DNA of 64,000 nt from Candidatus Oxydemutatoraceae bacterium (GCA_965218975.1 OZ244717.1:338347-402346), one strand, 5' to 3'. Numbered from the stretch's first letter, positions 10,750 to 22,051 are shown. The notes: generated by a model from the letters alone, not told the origin. Program-made: numbers and translations.

Positions 10750-13700
10750 GTATTCCGTAGCTATATGCTACGGCCTCATTGAAGCATCTCCATTTTATAC
10801 GCGGCAGAATTACCGCGTGATGTATTCCGTAGCTATATGCTACGGCCTCATTGAAGCGATATGGCCACATTCGGCGATGAGGACGATGACATCAGTATTC
10901 CGTAGCTATATGCTACGGCCTCATTGAAGCTAGAAGTAGTGGTTTTATACCTTGATAGAAGTTTTGTTGTATTCCGTAGCTATATGCTACGGCCTCATTG
11001 AAGCCGACACTGTATGTGATCGCGAGCTACTCTGTGACACGTATTCCGTAGCTATATGCTACGGCCTCATTGAAGCGAGAATAATGAAAAGTAAGATGAA
11101 AACACCTGCTTATGTATTCCGTAGCTATATGCTACGGCCTCATTGAAGCTTTTGCAGCAAGCTGCTAAAATTATGATAACAGATTGTATTCCGTAGCTAT
11201 ATGCTACGGCCTCATTGAAGCTTCTAAGTTCGGCTTCCATCATTTGTTGAGCACCTGGTATTCCGTAGCTATATGCTACGGCCTCATTGAAGCATCTACA
11301 AGTCGCTCGCATCTCCGCACGTCATCGGCGTATTCCGTAGCTATATGCTACGGCCTCATTGAAGCAGCACCGGTAGTTTCTGTTGAAGAACTTGCTATGA
11401 AGTATTCCGTAGCTATATGCTACGGCCTCATTGAAGCCAATGCCAAAGACCTAATGCACCATGTCATTAGATGTATTCCGTAGCTATATGCTACGGCCTC
11501 ATTGAAGCATCGACCAGCCGCTCGCATTTCTGCACGTCATCGGCGTATTCCGTAGCTATATGCTACGGCCTCATTGAAGCGAGATAACCGTCAGTAATTC
11601 CGCAAAGAATTTTGTGGTATTCCGTAGCTATATGCTACGGCCTCATTGAAGCGATTACTTGGGCACAAGAAACGAAAGCAGCATATCGTATTCCGTAGCT
11701 ATATGCTACGGCCTCATTGAAGCGAATTTTCAAGCGTTTGCGTGTACCAGATATGCCGGGTATTCCGTAGCTATATGCTACGGCCTCATTGAAGCCGTAC
11801 AGGCAGTCACGCATCGGAGATCGGCATCGCGGTATTCCGTAGCTATATGCTACGGCCTCATTGAAGCGAGAGGTTAGCTGCACCTGCCGACTGGAAAGAA
11901 TCAAGTATTCCGTAGCTATATGCTACGGCCTCATTGAAGCTCGAGTTATCTTCGCGTTAGTCGGGTCAAAAAATAGTATTCCGTAGCTATATGCTACGGC
12001 CTCATTGAAGCCTGCAATTCAACCTGCAAACCGTTTTTTACAATGCGGTATTCCGTAGCTATATGCTACGGCCTCATTGAAGCTGCCGCAAGTGTCGGGT
12101 TGCCGAAGTCGTTAAATGCGTATTCCGTAGCTATATGCTACGGCCTCATTGAAGCTTTACCCCGCTCCACAATGGCCATGATTGCTGCGTAGTATTCCGT
12201 AGCTATATGCTACGGCCTCATTGAAGCTGCGGGTCGCCGACGCAAGAAAAAAGGTTGCATTAGGTATTCCGTAGCTATATGCTACGGCCTCATTGAAGCT
12301 TGGCGGGACGCAACTAAGTCGACCGAAGGGTTAGGTATTCCGTAGCTATATGCTACGGCCTCATTGAAGCTGGGCTGTACCCTGACGACTCCTGCGAATT
12401 TGATGATGTATTCCGTAGCTATATGCTACGGCCTCATTGAAGCGCGGTAAACGCTAACTCCATGTTCAGCTAATCGGCTGCGTATTCCGTAGCTATATGC
12501 TACGGCCTCATTGAAGCCTCACTGCCTTCGTTTCCTTCCAGCATAATTACAGCGTATTCCGTAGCTATATGCTACGGCCTCATTGAAGCTATATTTTTTT
12601 TCTACATCTTCCATGTTTTATCTCCGTATTCCGTAGCTATATGCTACGGCCTCATTGAAGCCCACGATTATCTTTGTGTTGCGAATGATTGCCGAGGTAT
12701 TCCGTAGCTATATGCTACGGCCTCATTGAAGCCGGTGTAAAATCATCCATCAAAATAACGGTCTTGCTGTATTCCGTAGCTATATGCTACGGCCTCATTG
12801 AAGCAAGAAATTGAACATCGGCTACAGCTATGATACCTGACGTATTCCGTAGCTATATGCTACGGCCTCATTGAAGCTGTTTTGTAGTAGTGCATTGTTA
12901 GCAGTTCGTTTGTGTATTCCGTAGCTATATGCTACGGCCTCATTGAAGCTTCTCCAATAACTGTTGGGTCAGGCACAAGGCCTGCGTATTCCGTAGCTAT
13001 ATGCTACGGCCTCATTGAAGCTAGTAAGATCATTAGTTCTGCTGTTTTGAGATTCCGGTATTCCGTAGCTATATGCTACGGCCTCATTGAAGCTGCAAGA
13101 GCTAATTGAAGGTGGAAAAAATGGCAGGTGTATTCCGTAGCTATATGCTACGGCCTCATTGAAGCAACGTTACACAGAATTAGTTGTATAGACTTATTAG
13201 GGTATTCCGTAGCTATATGCTACGGCCTCATTGAAGCCCACGATTATCTTTGTGTTGCGAATGATTGCCGAGGTATTCCGTAGCTATATGCTACGGCCTC
13301 ATTGAAGCCGGTGTAAAATCATCCATCAAAATAACGGTCTTGCTGTATTCCGTAGCTATATGCTACGGCCTCATTGAAGCTCATTGACTCGGGATATGGA
13401 CGTCCTCGATTCTTTAGTATTCCGTAGCTATATGCTACGGCCTCATTGAAGCTATGCAAAAGATACCGAAGAATACAATAATTTGAAGTATTCCGTAGCT
13501 ATATGCTACGGCCTCATTGAAGCTTTGAAGATCAATATGTATTCAATCGTTAAGTTGGGGTATTCCGTAGCTATATGCTACGGCCTCATTGAAGCACATT
13601 GGATAGTGCTGCGATTGAGCCTTTTATGAGAGGTATTCCGTAGCTATATGCTACGGCCTCATTGAAGCCCATTCTCCAAAGCTGCCGCGAGAAACCCGTT

Positions 13701-15981
13701 CCCGCGTATTCCGTAGCTATATGCTACGGCCTCATTGAAGCTCTACGGTGATCTGACCGAGCACTTCCAACTCAGCGTATTCCGTAGCTATATGCTACGG
13801 CCTCATTGAAGCTACGCAGCGGTACGGCGTCTCGGAGCCGCACACTTGGGTATTCCGTAGCTATATGCTACGGCCTCATTGAAGCGAGGCAGCTTTGTCC
13901 ATTTGCTGGAGCCGCACGCGGTATTCCGTAGCTATATGCTACGGCCTCATTGAAGCCGGTGTAAAATCATCCATCAAAATAACGGTCTTGCTGTATTCCG
14001 TAGCTATATGCTACGGCCTCATTGAAGCTCATTGACTCGGGATATGGACGTCCTCGATTCTTTAGTATTCCGTAGCTATATGCTACGGCCTCATTGAAGC
14101 TATGCAAAAGATACCGAAGAATACAATAATTTGAAGTATTCCGTAGCTATATGCTACGGCCTCATTGAAGCTTTGAAGATCAATATGTATTCAATCGTTA
14201 AGTTGGGGTATTCCGTAGCTATATGCTACGGCCTCATTGAAGCACATTGGATAGTGCTGCGATTGAGCCTTTTATGAGAGGTATTCCGTAGCTATATGCT
14301 ACGGCCTCATTGAAGCCCATTCTCCAAAGCTGCCGCGAGAAACCCGTTCCCGCGTATTCCGTAGCTATATGCTACGGCCTCATTGAAGCCTCACTGCCTT
14401 CGTTTCCTTCCAGCATAATTACAGCGTATTCCGTAGCTATATGCTACGGCCTCATTGAAGCTATATTTTTTTTCTACATCTTCCATGTTTTATCTCCGTA
14501 TTCCGTAGCTATATGCTACGGCCTCATTGAAGCGCGGATGATAATTTGTGCAATTCCCTCATTTGCCTTAAGTATTCCGTAGCTATATGCTACGGCCTCA
14601 TTGAAGCCCGGAAGTTAAAGTCCCCATGTCCGCAGTTAAAGCGGAGTATTCCGTAGCTATATGCTACGGCCTCATTGAAGCGGCTCGGCAATTTCAGTCA
14701 TCAAATCTTTATAACTCGTATTCCGTAGCTATATGCTACGGCCTCATTGAAGCATGATGGTGTTTTAGCACCGTCATGAATGATGTTAAGTATTCCGTAG
14801 CTATATGCTACGGCCTCATTGAAGCTTGTTGCAGTATTTATTTTTATCTCGCTTGTCATGTTGTATTCCGTAGCTATATGCTACGGCCTCATTGAAGCTG
14901 GTAAGCACATTCGACTCAACCATGGCTTTCCTCACGTATTCCGTAGCTATATGCTACGGCCTCATTGAAGCTGTGTGGCGGAATGTCCCTTTTGGGTATA
15001 GTTTATCCGTATTCCGTAGCTATATGCTACGGCCTCATTGAAGCAGCGAAGAAGCCGATGAGGCAGGCGTATATATAGTGTATTCCGTAGCTATATGCTA
15101 CGGCCTCATTGAAGCGACCGCTGTAACTACGACCTGTCACATTACATAATGTATTCCGTAGCTATATGCTACGGCCTCATTGAAGCGGTGCTTTACTCAC
15201 GCATTCAAGGAATCCGGCGCATGTATTCCGTAGCTATATGCTACGGCCTCATTGAAGCAAATCTCCGTTGTTGTGGTGCCGGCAAGAGCGCCGGGTATTC
15301 CGTAGCTATATGCTACGGCCTCATTGAAGCAACCTTTGCATCTGGGGATAAAAAACAGTACTGGAATGTATTCCGTAGCTATATGCTACGGCCTTATTGA
15401 AGCATTGCAAATCATCCATATACGGATAAGGAAACAAAGTATTCCGTAGCTATATGCTACGGCCTCATTGAAGCTTTGGCTTCTATTGTTCTGCGCGGTT
15501 CGGGTACGCATGTATTCCGTAGCTATATGCTACGGCCTCATTGAAGCCCAACTATTTGGTCAACACCTATCAACCCAGAAATAAGTATTCCGTAGCTATA
15601 TGCTACGGCCTCATTGAAGCGACTCAACGCTAATGACGCATACGGCAAAGCCGGATGTATTCCGTAGCTATATGCTACGGCCTCATTGAAGCGGCGTTGG
15701 GTAAATCTCAGCTAGTGCGTAAAGTGCACGTATTCCGTAGCTATATGCTACGGCCTCATTGAAGCGATTTTCTAAGTCAGGAAGCTCCAACCCGCAACAT
15801 AGGTATTCCGTAGCTATATGCTACGGCCTCATTGAAGCAAGCCGCTGTTATATCGAGTGGTCAAGGAGTGAGTGGTATTCCGTAGCTATATGCTACGGCC
15901 TCATTGAAGCTTTTCGTTATTGGGACGCAAGTCATTCCAGGAGACGTATTCCGTAGCTATATGCTACGGCCTCATTGAAGC
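10750..15981 (+). CRISPR. CRISPR array, ~73 repeats of 36 bp (GTATTCCGTAGCTATATGCTACGGCCTCATTGAAGC) with ~35-37 nt spacers
   Basis: A perfect 36-bp direct repeat recurs at ~72-73 bp periodicity, with an internal 7-bp palindrome CCGTAGC-TATAT-GCTACGG. The 3' 'ATTGAAGC' end resembles the I-C/I-G 'ATTGAAAC' handle. The leader is cas2-proximal. One repeat (15368-15403) carries a C>T variant. Confidence 0.97.
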
Positions 15982-16010
15982 GCGATTAAATGTTTTTCGT
16001 AAATTTATGC

Positions 16011-16901
16011 TCAACGTTCACCACTGAATAAAGCCTCTTGAATGTCGCCTTGAATACAATTCTTCACGCCATTCGCATTTCTTTGTTTTGTATTTTTAAC
16101 AGGTTTCCTAAGTGGTTGCCCATTATGTTCAAGATACCCAAGAACTCTCCGCAAGCCAATTTCAACATGCTTTTGTGATCTTTCAATACCGATGCTTTTT
16201 CTACCTAATGTTCGTGCAACTGCATTAGTAGTAAATGCTCCTGCAAACGGGTCAAGAATTATATCTTCTTTATTTGAACTTGCTTGAACAATTCTTTGAA
16301 GAAGCGTTTCAGGTTTTTGGGATGGATGATCTTCATATTCATCCATCTTGTAACGTACTCGAGGAAAATACCAAACATTTCCTGGAACTTTTTTCGTATT
16401 ATAAATCGTTGGAATCTTTTTTCTGTAGTCAATAAGTTTACGTTTAGCCCCCGTTTTAGCTTCTATAGCAATTGTGTCAGCGTTAAAAGTGTAATTATCA
16501 AGATCTTTCACACAGAAAAGAATCGGTTCATACATGGAACCATAATATTTTTTCGCTTGCACCCCCGAACTATCATATGACCAAATAATTCTGCTAAGTA
16601 TGTTTATTCTCTTTCTCAATATAATATCTATGTAGGGCATAGCTTGGGTGCTTGTCATCACATACATAGAGCCTTGAGATGAAAGTTTATCAATACAAAG
16701 AGTTAACCATTTCTCACACCATTCAGCATACGCTTCATCAGAAGGCCATTTGTCATCAAATCCATCAAAGCGTTTCCCAATGTTGTAAGGGGGATCAGCA
16801 AATATCAAATCAATTGAATTATTAGCAATTTTATCGCGTAATACTTCTATTGCATCGCCTTGGTAAATGGCATGATTTTTTATTTCGTATTTTTTAATCA
16901 T
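16011..16901 (-). CDS. DNA methyltransferase, beta-class (motif IV 'DPPYNIG' precedes motif I 'LDPFAGAFTT'); N6-adenine or N4-cytosine
   Basis: 296 aa with both catalytic and AdoMet-binding motifs. The start codon is 4 nt downstream of the IS1595 transposase stop. Confidence 0.85.
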   Translation of the reverse strand: MIKKYEIKNHAIYQGDAIEVLRDKIANNSIDLIFADPPYNIGKRFDGFDDKWPSDEAYAEWCEKWLTLCIDKLSSQGSMYVMTSTQAMPYIDIILRKRINILSRIIWSYDSSGVQAKKYYGSMYEPILFCVKDLDNYTFNADTIAIEAKTGAKRKLIDYRKKIPTIYNTKKVPGNVWYFPRVRYKMDEYEDHPSQKPETLLQRIVQASSNKEDIILDPFAGAFTTNAVARTLGRKSIGIERSQKHVEIGLRRVLGYLEHNGQPLRKPVKNTKQRNANGVKNCIQGDIQEALFSGER

Positions 16902-16905
16902 TAAA

Positions 16906-17826
16906 TCAAGCTACCAATTGTTCATAAGTAATCGTCTTCCCAACCATGGCCTTAAAGAGATCATCAAGTCTGTCCTGTGTATCACGTTTCACATTGCCTT
17001 CATTAAGTCTGAATGTAAACTCATTTACATATTGTTGACAATGCTTCTTGCTCCAATTGTGGTAAACACCATTGAAGCCACGTTTAATCACTGACCATAC
17101 AGATTCAACTCCATTAGTATGCGCCATCCCGTTAACATATTCTCTTGCTGAATGTTTTACGCTTTCATGCTGATAATAGTCGCCTCCAATATCTTTATAA
17201 CCCTTGTGGTCATCCGTATAAATGGTGGTACCCACTTCAATGTTAGCAAGAACAGCACTATGAATAGTAGCCTTGTCTTCACCTTCAACTGGCATAGCTT
17301 TTACACGGCCTTCCCGTTCTCTCATACCCAGCACAGCCTGCTTTCCCACAGTACCGCGTCCGGCCTTGAGTTTCTTATGAGAGTGTTTATTCTTTTCAGC
17401 CCTACCAATATAGGTGGCGTCCATTTCCACTTCACCACTCAAGGCTTCAAGATTGTTGCCGCAAGCTAAACGTAGCCTATGCAGCATGTACCAGGCTGTC
17501 GGATAGCTAACGTCCAGTTCCTTGCTTAATTGCATGGCGGAAATACCTTTACGGGCGGTCATAAGCAGATACGCTGCAAATAGCCACATACGGGCATCAC
17601 GCACCCTGTTATGTTCAAGTGGGGTTTCTGTGAAAGCATTGAAATATCCGCGACAATCGCCGCACCAATAACCTTTCTTGTAGTTCTTTTGCTTGGTGAT
17701 TCTGCCGGTACAGCCGCATTTGACACATACAGGCTTAGTTCCCCATCTAAGCTGCTCAAGCTTCGGCAAAAATGTTTTCAAGGGCAATTTCATAATTGGA
17801 CTCTTTTGGCGATAGACCCCGTTCAA
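16906..17826 (-). CDS. IS1595-family (ISXO2-like) DDE transposase
   Basis: N-terminal zinc ribbon 'CVKCGCTGRITKQ...CGDCRGYF', a 'TAWYMLHRLR' helix and a DDE core 'IYTDDHKGY...HTNGVESVWSVIKRGFNGVYHNWS' are present. The start may be the second Met (17793). Confidence 0.8.
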   Translation of the reverse strand: MNGVYRQKSPIMKLPLKTFLPKLEQLRWGTKPVCVKCGCTGRITKQKNYKKGYWCGDCRGYFNAFTETPLEHNRVRDARMWLFAAYLLMTARKGISAMQLSKELDVSYPTAWYMLHRLRLACGNNLEALSGEVEMDATYIGRAEKNKHSHKKLKAGRGTVGKQAVLGMREREGRVKAMPVEGEDKATIHSAVLANIEVGTTIYTDDHKGYKDIGGDYYQHESVKHSAREYVNGMAHTNGVESVWSVIKRGFNGVYHNWSKKHCQQYVNEFTFRLNEGNVKRDTQDRLDDLFKAMVGKTITYEQLVA

Positions 17827-18193
17827 TTGATTTATTGCGGGTCACGCCCCGTGCCTTTAGGCAGGCAACTTTTAGGAGCCACTCATCAACATCCGGAATC
17901 CATTGTTCCTTTGTATCCGAAGGCAGCAGAAAAAGTCTTTGCTTCCCACCTTCGAGAAAGGGACTTTGTAAATTGTCACGTATATTTTTTAAAAGTATAT
18001 CGCTTGCTACAGAATCATCATAAATTTTATGGCACCAATTCCAAATCGGACCAAGTTTATCGGCCTTATCAACCACTTCCCCTGTTTCATCAAGGAGGAT
18101 ACTAACAGGAATTAGCTTCTTGTCGAACGCCTTCTTAGGATCAACAAGAGATTTACCGATTTTGGAATTTCGGTAACGTAATTCTTCCTTCAT
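17756..18193 (-). CDS. Hypothetical protein (145 aa), last gene of the GHKL/desulfurase operon
   Basis: Co-directional ORF after the 300-aa gene. No recognisable motif. Confidence 0.4.
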   Translation of the reverse strand: MKEELRYRNSKIGKSLVDPKKAFDKKLIPVSILLDETGEVVDKADKLGPIWNWCHKIYDDSVASDILLKNIRDNLQSPFLEGGKQRLFLLPSDTKEQWIPDVDEWLLKVACLKARGVTRNKSIERGLSPKESNYEIALENIFAEA

Positions 18194-18298
18194 CTACCAA
18201 TTTAATCCAATCATGAATTGAGCGTTCTTTATAGATTGTTTCCATAGTCTGTTGTCCTCCTTATCGGAAATACAACCTCTGCATCGACAATTGCAGCT

Positions 18299-19201
18299 TC
18301 AATTCTTTCCATCTTCAGCGGCTTTGACTGCATCAACAACGTCATCAGCAAGTCGACGAAGTTCAACATATTCAAGCACTGCTAGTTCTCGAGAACCGCC
18401 GATAAAGCAAATCTCCCGGCATACATCTAGCACTTTGCCGGCAGGCGGCAGTTTGCCGCTACTTTCATTGTCGTCGGGAAGAAATCTTGTGAGACTCGCC
18501 GCCACGGCTTCTTGGACCGAAGCTATTCCAAAAACGGGATTCCTGGATACCATTGCAGATACAAACCATTCCCAGTGGGCTTTTGTTTGCCGAAGTATTT
18601 TTCCTATCCGGTCTTTCGCTATCCCGGATTGTATCTCGGCTCGCCGAACTAGCCGCTCCCGCCACCAAGCTCTCGCAAACGGACAATCAACAAGAACACT
18701 TTTGTTCCCCCGAACATGAGGCAATCCACCCAGTTGGCGTAGAACCGAACGCACGCAGTTGTCCGTTTGCTCTTTTCTTTTAGGGTTCTCGTTGGCCATT
18801 ATCCTGTCAATACGCTCTGCGCCTGTTTGTGATGCGATCCCATTACTTGCGAGGAAACTCGGTTCGATTCGACCTTCCCGAACGTGGCACATAGTGACAT
18901 GAGTCCAAAATAATGTGCTTGAGGCAATCGACAAAGAAAGGTTATTCCAGAGATCGTACATCTTGGATTCAGTGCTAGCTGGGGGATCCTTGAATTGCGC
19001 CTCGCTCATCTTGACCTGATACAGATCGGGATCAATCAAACCAGAAACCGGAATCTGCTCCATAGTTTTGATGAATGCTTCCCCGTCTCTGATCTCTTGA
19101 AGAAATGCCTCTTGTTTTTCGCTACCTTTCTCGCTAAGCAAATTCGCCCGGAATTTGGCCCACTCTTTGTCGTCAAGACATTTCCAATCAAGTTCACTCA
19201 T
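18299..19201 (-). CDS. Hypothetical protein (300 aa) in the GHKL/desulfurase operon
   Basis: Its start overlaps the upstream stop (ATGA at 19198-19201). No family recognised. Confidence 0.55.
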   Translation of the reverse strand: MSELDWKCLDDKEWAKFRANLLSEKGSEKQEAFLQEIRDGEAFIKTMEQIPVSGLIDPDLYQVKMSEAQFKDPPASTESKMYDLWNNLSLSIASSTLFWTHVTMCHVREGRIEPSFLASNGIASQTGAERIDRIMANENPKRKEQTDNCVRSVLRQLGGLPHVRGNKSVLVDCPFARAWWRERLVRRAEIQSGIAKDRIGKILRQTKAHWEWFVSAMVSRNPVFGIASVQEAVAASLTRFLPDDNESSGKLPPAGKVLDVCREICFIGGSRELAVLEYVELRRLADDVVDAVKAAEDGKN

Positions 19202-20087
19202 CTTCGTGCCTCAATGGTGGGGGTACATCATGCGGATAAAGCAGCGTTGCAGCCTCCTCAGGTCTGAAATCCGGATCTTCCCAATTACAATTAGTGCAGC
19301 CTTTCGTTTCCAGATCATTGGCAAGCGATTCTAGAGCTTTGTAACTGCACCATCCTTCTTCACTATCTCCGTCGGAATCCTTGTATTTCCGTTGCAGTGC
19401 AGAAAAGCACGAAGTCACGACATGAGTCATAATGTCCTTGCGTTTATCCGAATAGTGCCCTTTGTCTTGAAGAAAAGTATAAAGAGCTGGACCACAATGT
19501 ACTACGAAGCGGAACGTGTCTCCATCAACAGCCTCTGTATAAAATTGGCCTTGCTTTAAGCTTTCGTCCGACCAAATAGAAATGAGTCCTTGAAGACCTG
19601 ATGCCCCAAGATTAAATACCGGCCCCTGCGCAAGCCAAGCACCCTTCGGAAATATTACTTCCAAACCATTCCAGTCGGGATGTACATCATCCTTTTCAGA
19701 ATCCAGAGTACAGAATATTTCCCGGATGCATACAATTACTGGAGTGAAGTACGGAGGCTCACCAAAGTTTGTGTTATTCCAAGCAATTTCCTGGGTCGGA
19801 TCTTGAGAACACTGAAGTTCCCGATACGCCGAGCGAGGCGCGGCCAAAGAACAAGCATACCGGGCATGTTTTTGCGCAATCAGTCGCTCGACCAGACGGG
19901 CACCCGTCACCGAATGCGTTAGCAAGAAGCGGCTTTTGTCGGAACTAAACCTATGTTGAACCTGACTATGTTGAACCTGATAATTGCCATTCGGGAAGGC
20001 ATCATTGCCTTCCTCAATTGCCGGATAATTACGCGCCAGAATCGCGTTCGCCCCGGGGGCGCTCTTGGCGTTGATGTCGGTATTCAT
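19194..20087 (-). CDS. Hypothetical Cys-rich protein (297 aa) in the GHKL/desulfurase operon
   Basis: A 4-bp overlap with the upstream GHKL gene. The C-terminal 'GWCSYK...KGCTNCNWEDPD' may be a zinc-binding cluster. Confidence 0.55.
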   Translation of the reverse strand: MNTDINAKSAPGANAILARNYPAIEEGNDAFPNGNYQVQHSQVQHRFSSDKSRFLLTHSVTGARLVERLIAQKHARYACSLAAPRSAYRELQCSQDPTQEIAWNNTNFGEPPYFTPVIVCIREIFCTLDSEKDDVHPDWNGLEVIFPKGAWLAQGPVFNLGASGLQGLISIWSDESLKQGQFYTEAVDGDTFRFVVHCGPALYTFLQDKGHYSDKRKDIMTHVVTSCFSALQRKYKDSDGDSEEGWCSYKALESLANDLETKGCTNCNWEDPDFRPEEAATLLYPHDVPPPLRHEDE

Positions 20088-22051
20088 TCTGAAGTGCTTA
20101 TGGTGGGCTTAGTATCATCGGAGGGTCTCTTGCCAATCTCCACTCGGAGACTTGCTCCGGATTGGATAGGGACACCATCGGCTGCCAGTTTATATTCGGC
20201 CTCTACTTCGGTCGTAGTATTCTTTCCAAGATTGCCCAGCAAAATAGCAGGATAGGGTTTGGTAATTATTCTATCCGGCTGAATCGTTTTTCCATTGACC
20301 TTCGCCGCGGTGATTGCGGCAACACGATCAGTCCATATACGCTCAGTCGTTACATCCGAATGATCATCAACAACGAGACGGAGTTCCAGATCTTCACAAG
20401 GCTCAATGCAATGGATCCGGATTTTCCGGCGATTTGAAGCCGATGGAGTAACAACGATCTTAAAATATTGCGGCAAGGTCGGCCTTTCCCGAGAGCCGCT
20501 CCGGCTACTTTGCCGTCTTTTCCCGGTATTCTTGCTTCGGCCCTTGTTCCTGCCACCTGTCGTTCCCCCGGGCCCTGTTTCATGTGGTCGCCGTGAGGAT
20601 ATCCGTCTCTTAATCAGCGCGATTGTGCCCTGATATTCCCGACCGGCTTTTTTTCCTTGTCGGCTTCCGGCGGTGCTATCAGGGAAGACCAAGAAGTCGT
20701 CAGGGCTATACTCGTCAGAAGTAAGTTTTGGTATTACCTCTTCGATTTTCTTTTTAATCACATTAAATGCCTGACGTAGCTGCTTCCAGTCCTCGTTGCT
20801 GATAGCCTTCTTATCAAGCCGATTGTGTAGAGGCCCCTCAGCTTTTCCAATAAGATCGTGGAACCGGCGGGGCGCGCTCTTTGCGGAAACCAGAACCAAA
20901 CCTTCAAAGGCCTCATAGTCTGCAAAGTTAAAACCGGGAATGTTGCCGGTAATCCACATACCGTTCCTGCAAAGATTTACTCGCGTTCGCCCTGAAGGCG
21001 CCGGATGCTGAACGAAAAGTCTTACCGAGCCATCCAGGACCTCAACTTCATGGCGATAACCTCCTCGGTAGGCTTGATAGGCAAAAAATGCCTGTTCGCC
21101 CGGGAGATAGTCCTTTTTCCGTTTTTGTTCCCGATATTTCTCCAGAACAGTCTGCAACTGCTCACTCGTAAGTTCCCGCTGGGGCTTATTGCCCTCGCCT
21201 TCAATAACCACCTCGAGCTGCCCATCAGCTATTGCGACAAAAAAACTACAGGCAATAGCCTCCGGTACGGTATCAGATAGAAAATCCTTATCCTTACTAC
21301 GAAAACGGTTGAATGCAGGAACGATAACGGCAGTCCCATGTCCGGAATCCTTCTCAATATCCGCCAAAGCGTTTTTAATCAATATCGGAAGGTCATTTCC
21401 CCACGGGTATATGTATTCTCTTTTTTTGCGATCAACCAAGTAATAACCGTTAGCGCTCCGCCCTGTGTCGTCGCTCTGGTTAGCATAATGGGATGCGAGA
21501 ATTGCGTGGCCGCTTGCAATCCGTTTCCCGTTGCAAATACCACCGTAGAGTACATACCTGAGATCTGAGGCGGGAAATAACGAAAAATGCCCAACGCCGA
21601 AGGTACCGGACGCTCCACTTTCCTTGCGACTTCTGCCGTCCGACAATAATGCCGTCATTCTGTCTTTGTCGAGGCCAATACCATTGTCCGAAACAATAAG
21701 TGCCTGCTGCCAATCTTGTGATAGCGCTTCAGAGATTCTGTCAGCCACAATTTGCTCCTGATCATTGAGCGAACCGTTGTTTTCCTCCTCACGCCTTTTC
21801 ACTGCTTTCTTAAAAGCGGATTTATAACTCTCAATTCCAGGTATATCTTCGGTTTTTACCTCCGTAGTAGAAAAACGTACTATAGCCCTAGCCTCACGAA
21901 CCCCAGTGTAATGGAGGGCGGCGGCGGCATCCAGAGAATTTTGGATCAGCTCGCGCACAATTGCGAACGAACTCATCTCTCGGAAGCTGCTAATGCTAGC
22001 AGCCGTAAATCCGTAAGAGTCACTCGATTTGAAAAAATAAAGATCTGTCAT
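20084..22051 (-). CDS. GHKL-superfamily (MORC/MutL/Hsp90-like) ATPase, 655 aa
   Basis: Bergerat-fold motifs are 'VRELIQNSLDA' (N box), 'VSDNGIGLDKD' (G1) and 'GTFGVGHFSLF' (G2). There is a basic low-complexity linker and a C-terminal domain. The ORF overlaps the desulfurase stop by 4 bp. Confidence 0.8.
   Translation of the reverse strand: MTDLYFFKSSDSYGFTAASISSFREMSSFAIVRELIQNSLDAAAALHYTGVREARAIVRFSTTEVKTEDIPGIESYKSAFKKAVKRREEENNGSLNDQEQIVADRISEALSQDWQQALIVSDNGIGLDKDRMTALLSDGRSRKESGASGTFGVGHFSLFPASDLRYVLYGGICNGKRIASGHAILASHYANQSDDTGRSANGYYLVDRKKREYIYPWGNDLPILIKNALADIEKDSGHGTAVIVPAFNRFRSKDKDFLSDTVPEAIACSFFVAIADGQLEVVIEGEGNKPQRELTSEQLQTVLEKYREQKRKKDYLPGEQAFFAYQAYRGGYRHEVEVLDGSVRLFVQHPAPSGRTRVNLCRNGMWITGNIPGFNFADYEAFEGLVLVSAKSAPRRFHDLIGKAEGPLHNRLDKKAISNEDWKQLRQAFNVIKKKIEEVIPKLTSDEYSPDDFLVFPDSTAGSRQGKKAGREYQGTIALIKRRISSRRPHETGPGGTTGGRNKGRSKNTGKRRQSSRSGSRERPTLPQYFKIVVTPSASNRRKIRIHCIEPCEDLELRLVVDDHSDVTTERIWTDRVAAITAAKVNGKTIQPDRIITKPYPAILLGNLGKNTTTEVEAEYKLAADGVPIQSGASLRVEIGKRPSDDTKPTISTSE

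Noticed and set aside
10721-15956. Numerous 60-100-aa ORFs on both strands inside the CRISPR array (e.g. 'YSVAICYGLIEA' repeats)
   Set aside because: They are translations of the 36-bp repeat reiterated in frame. The periodicity equals the repeat+spacer length. Not coding.
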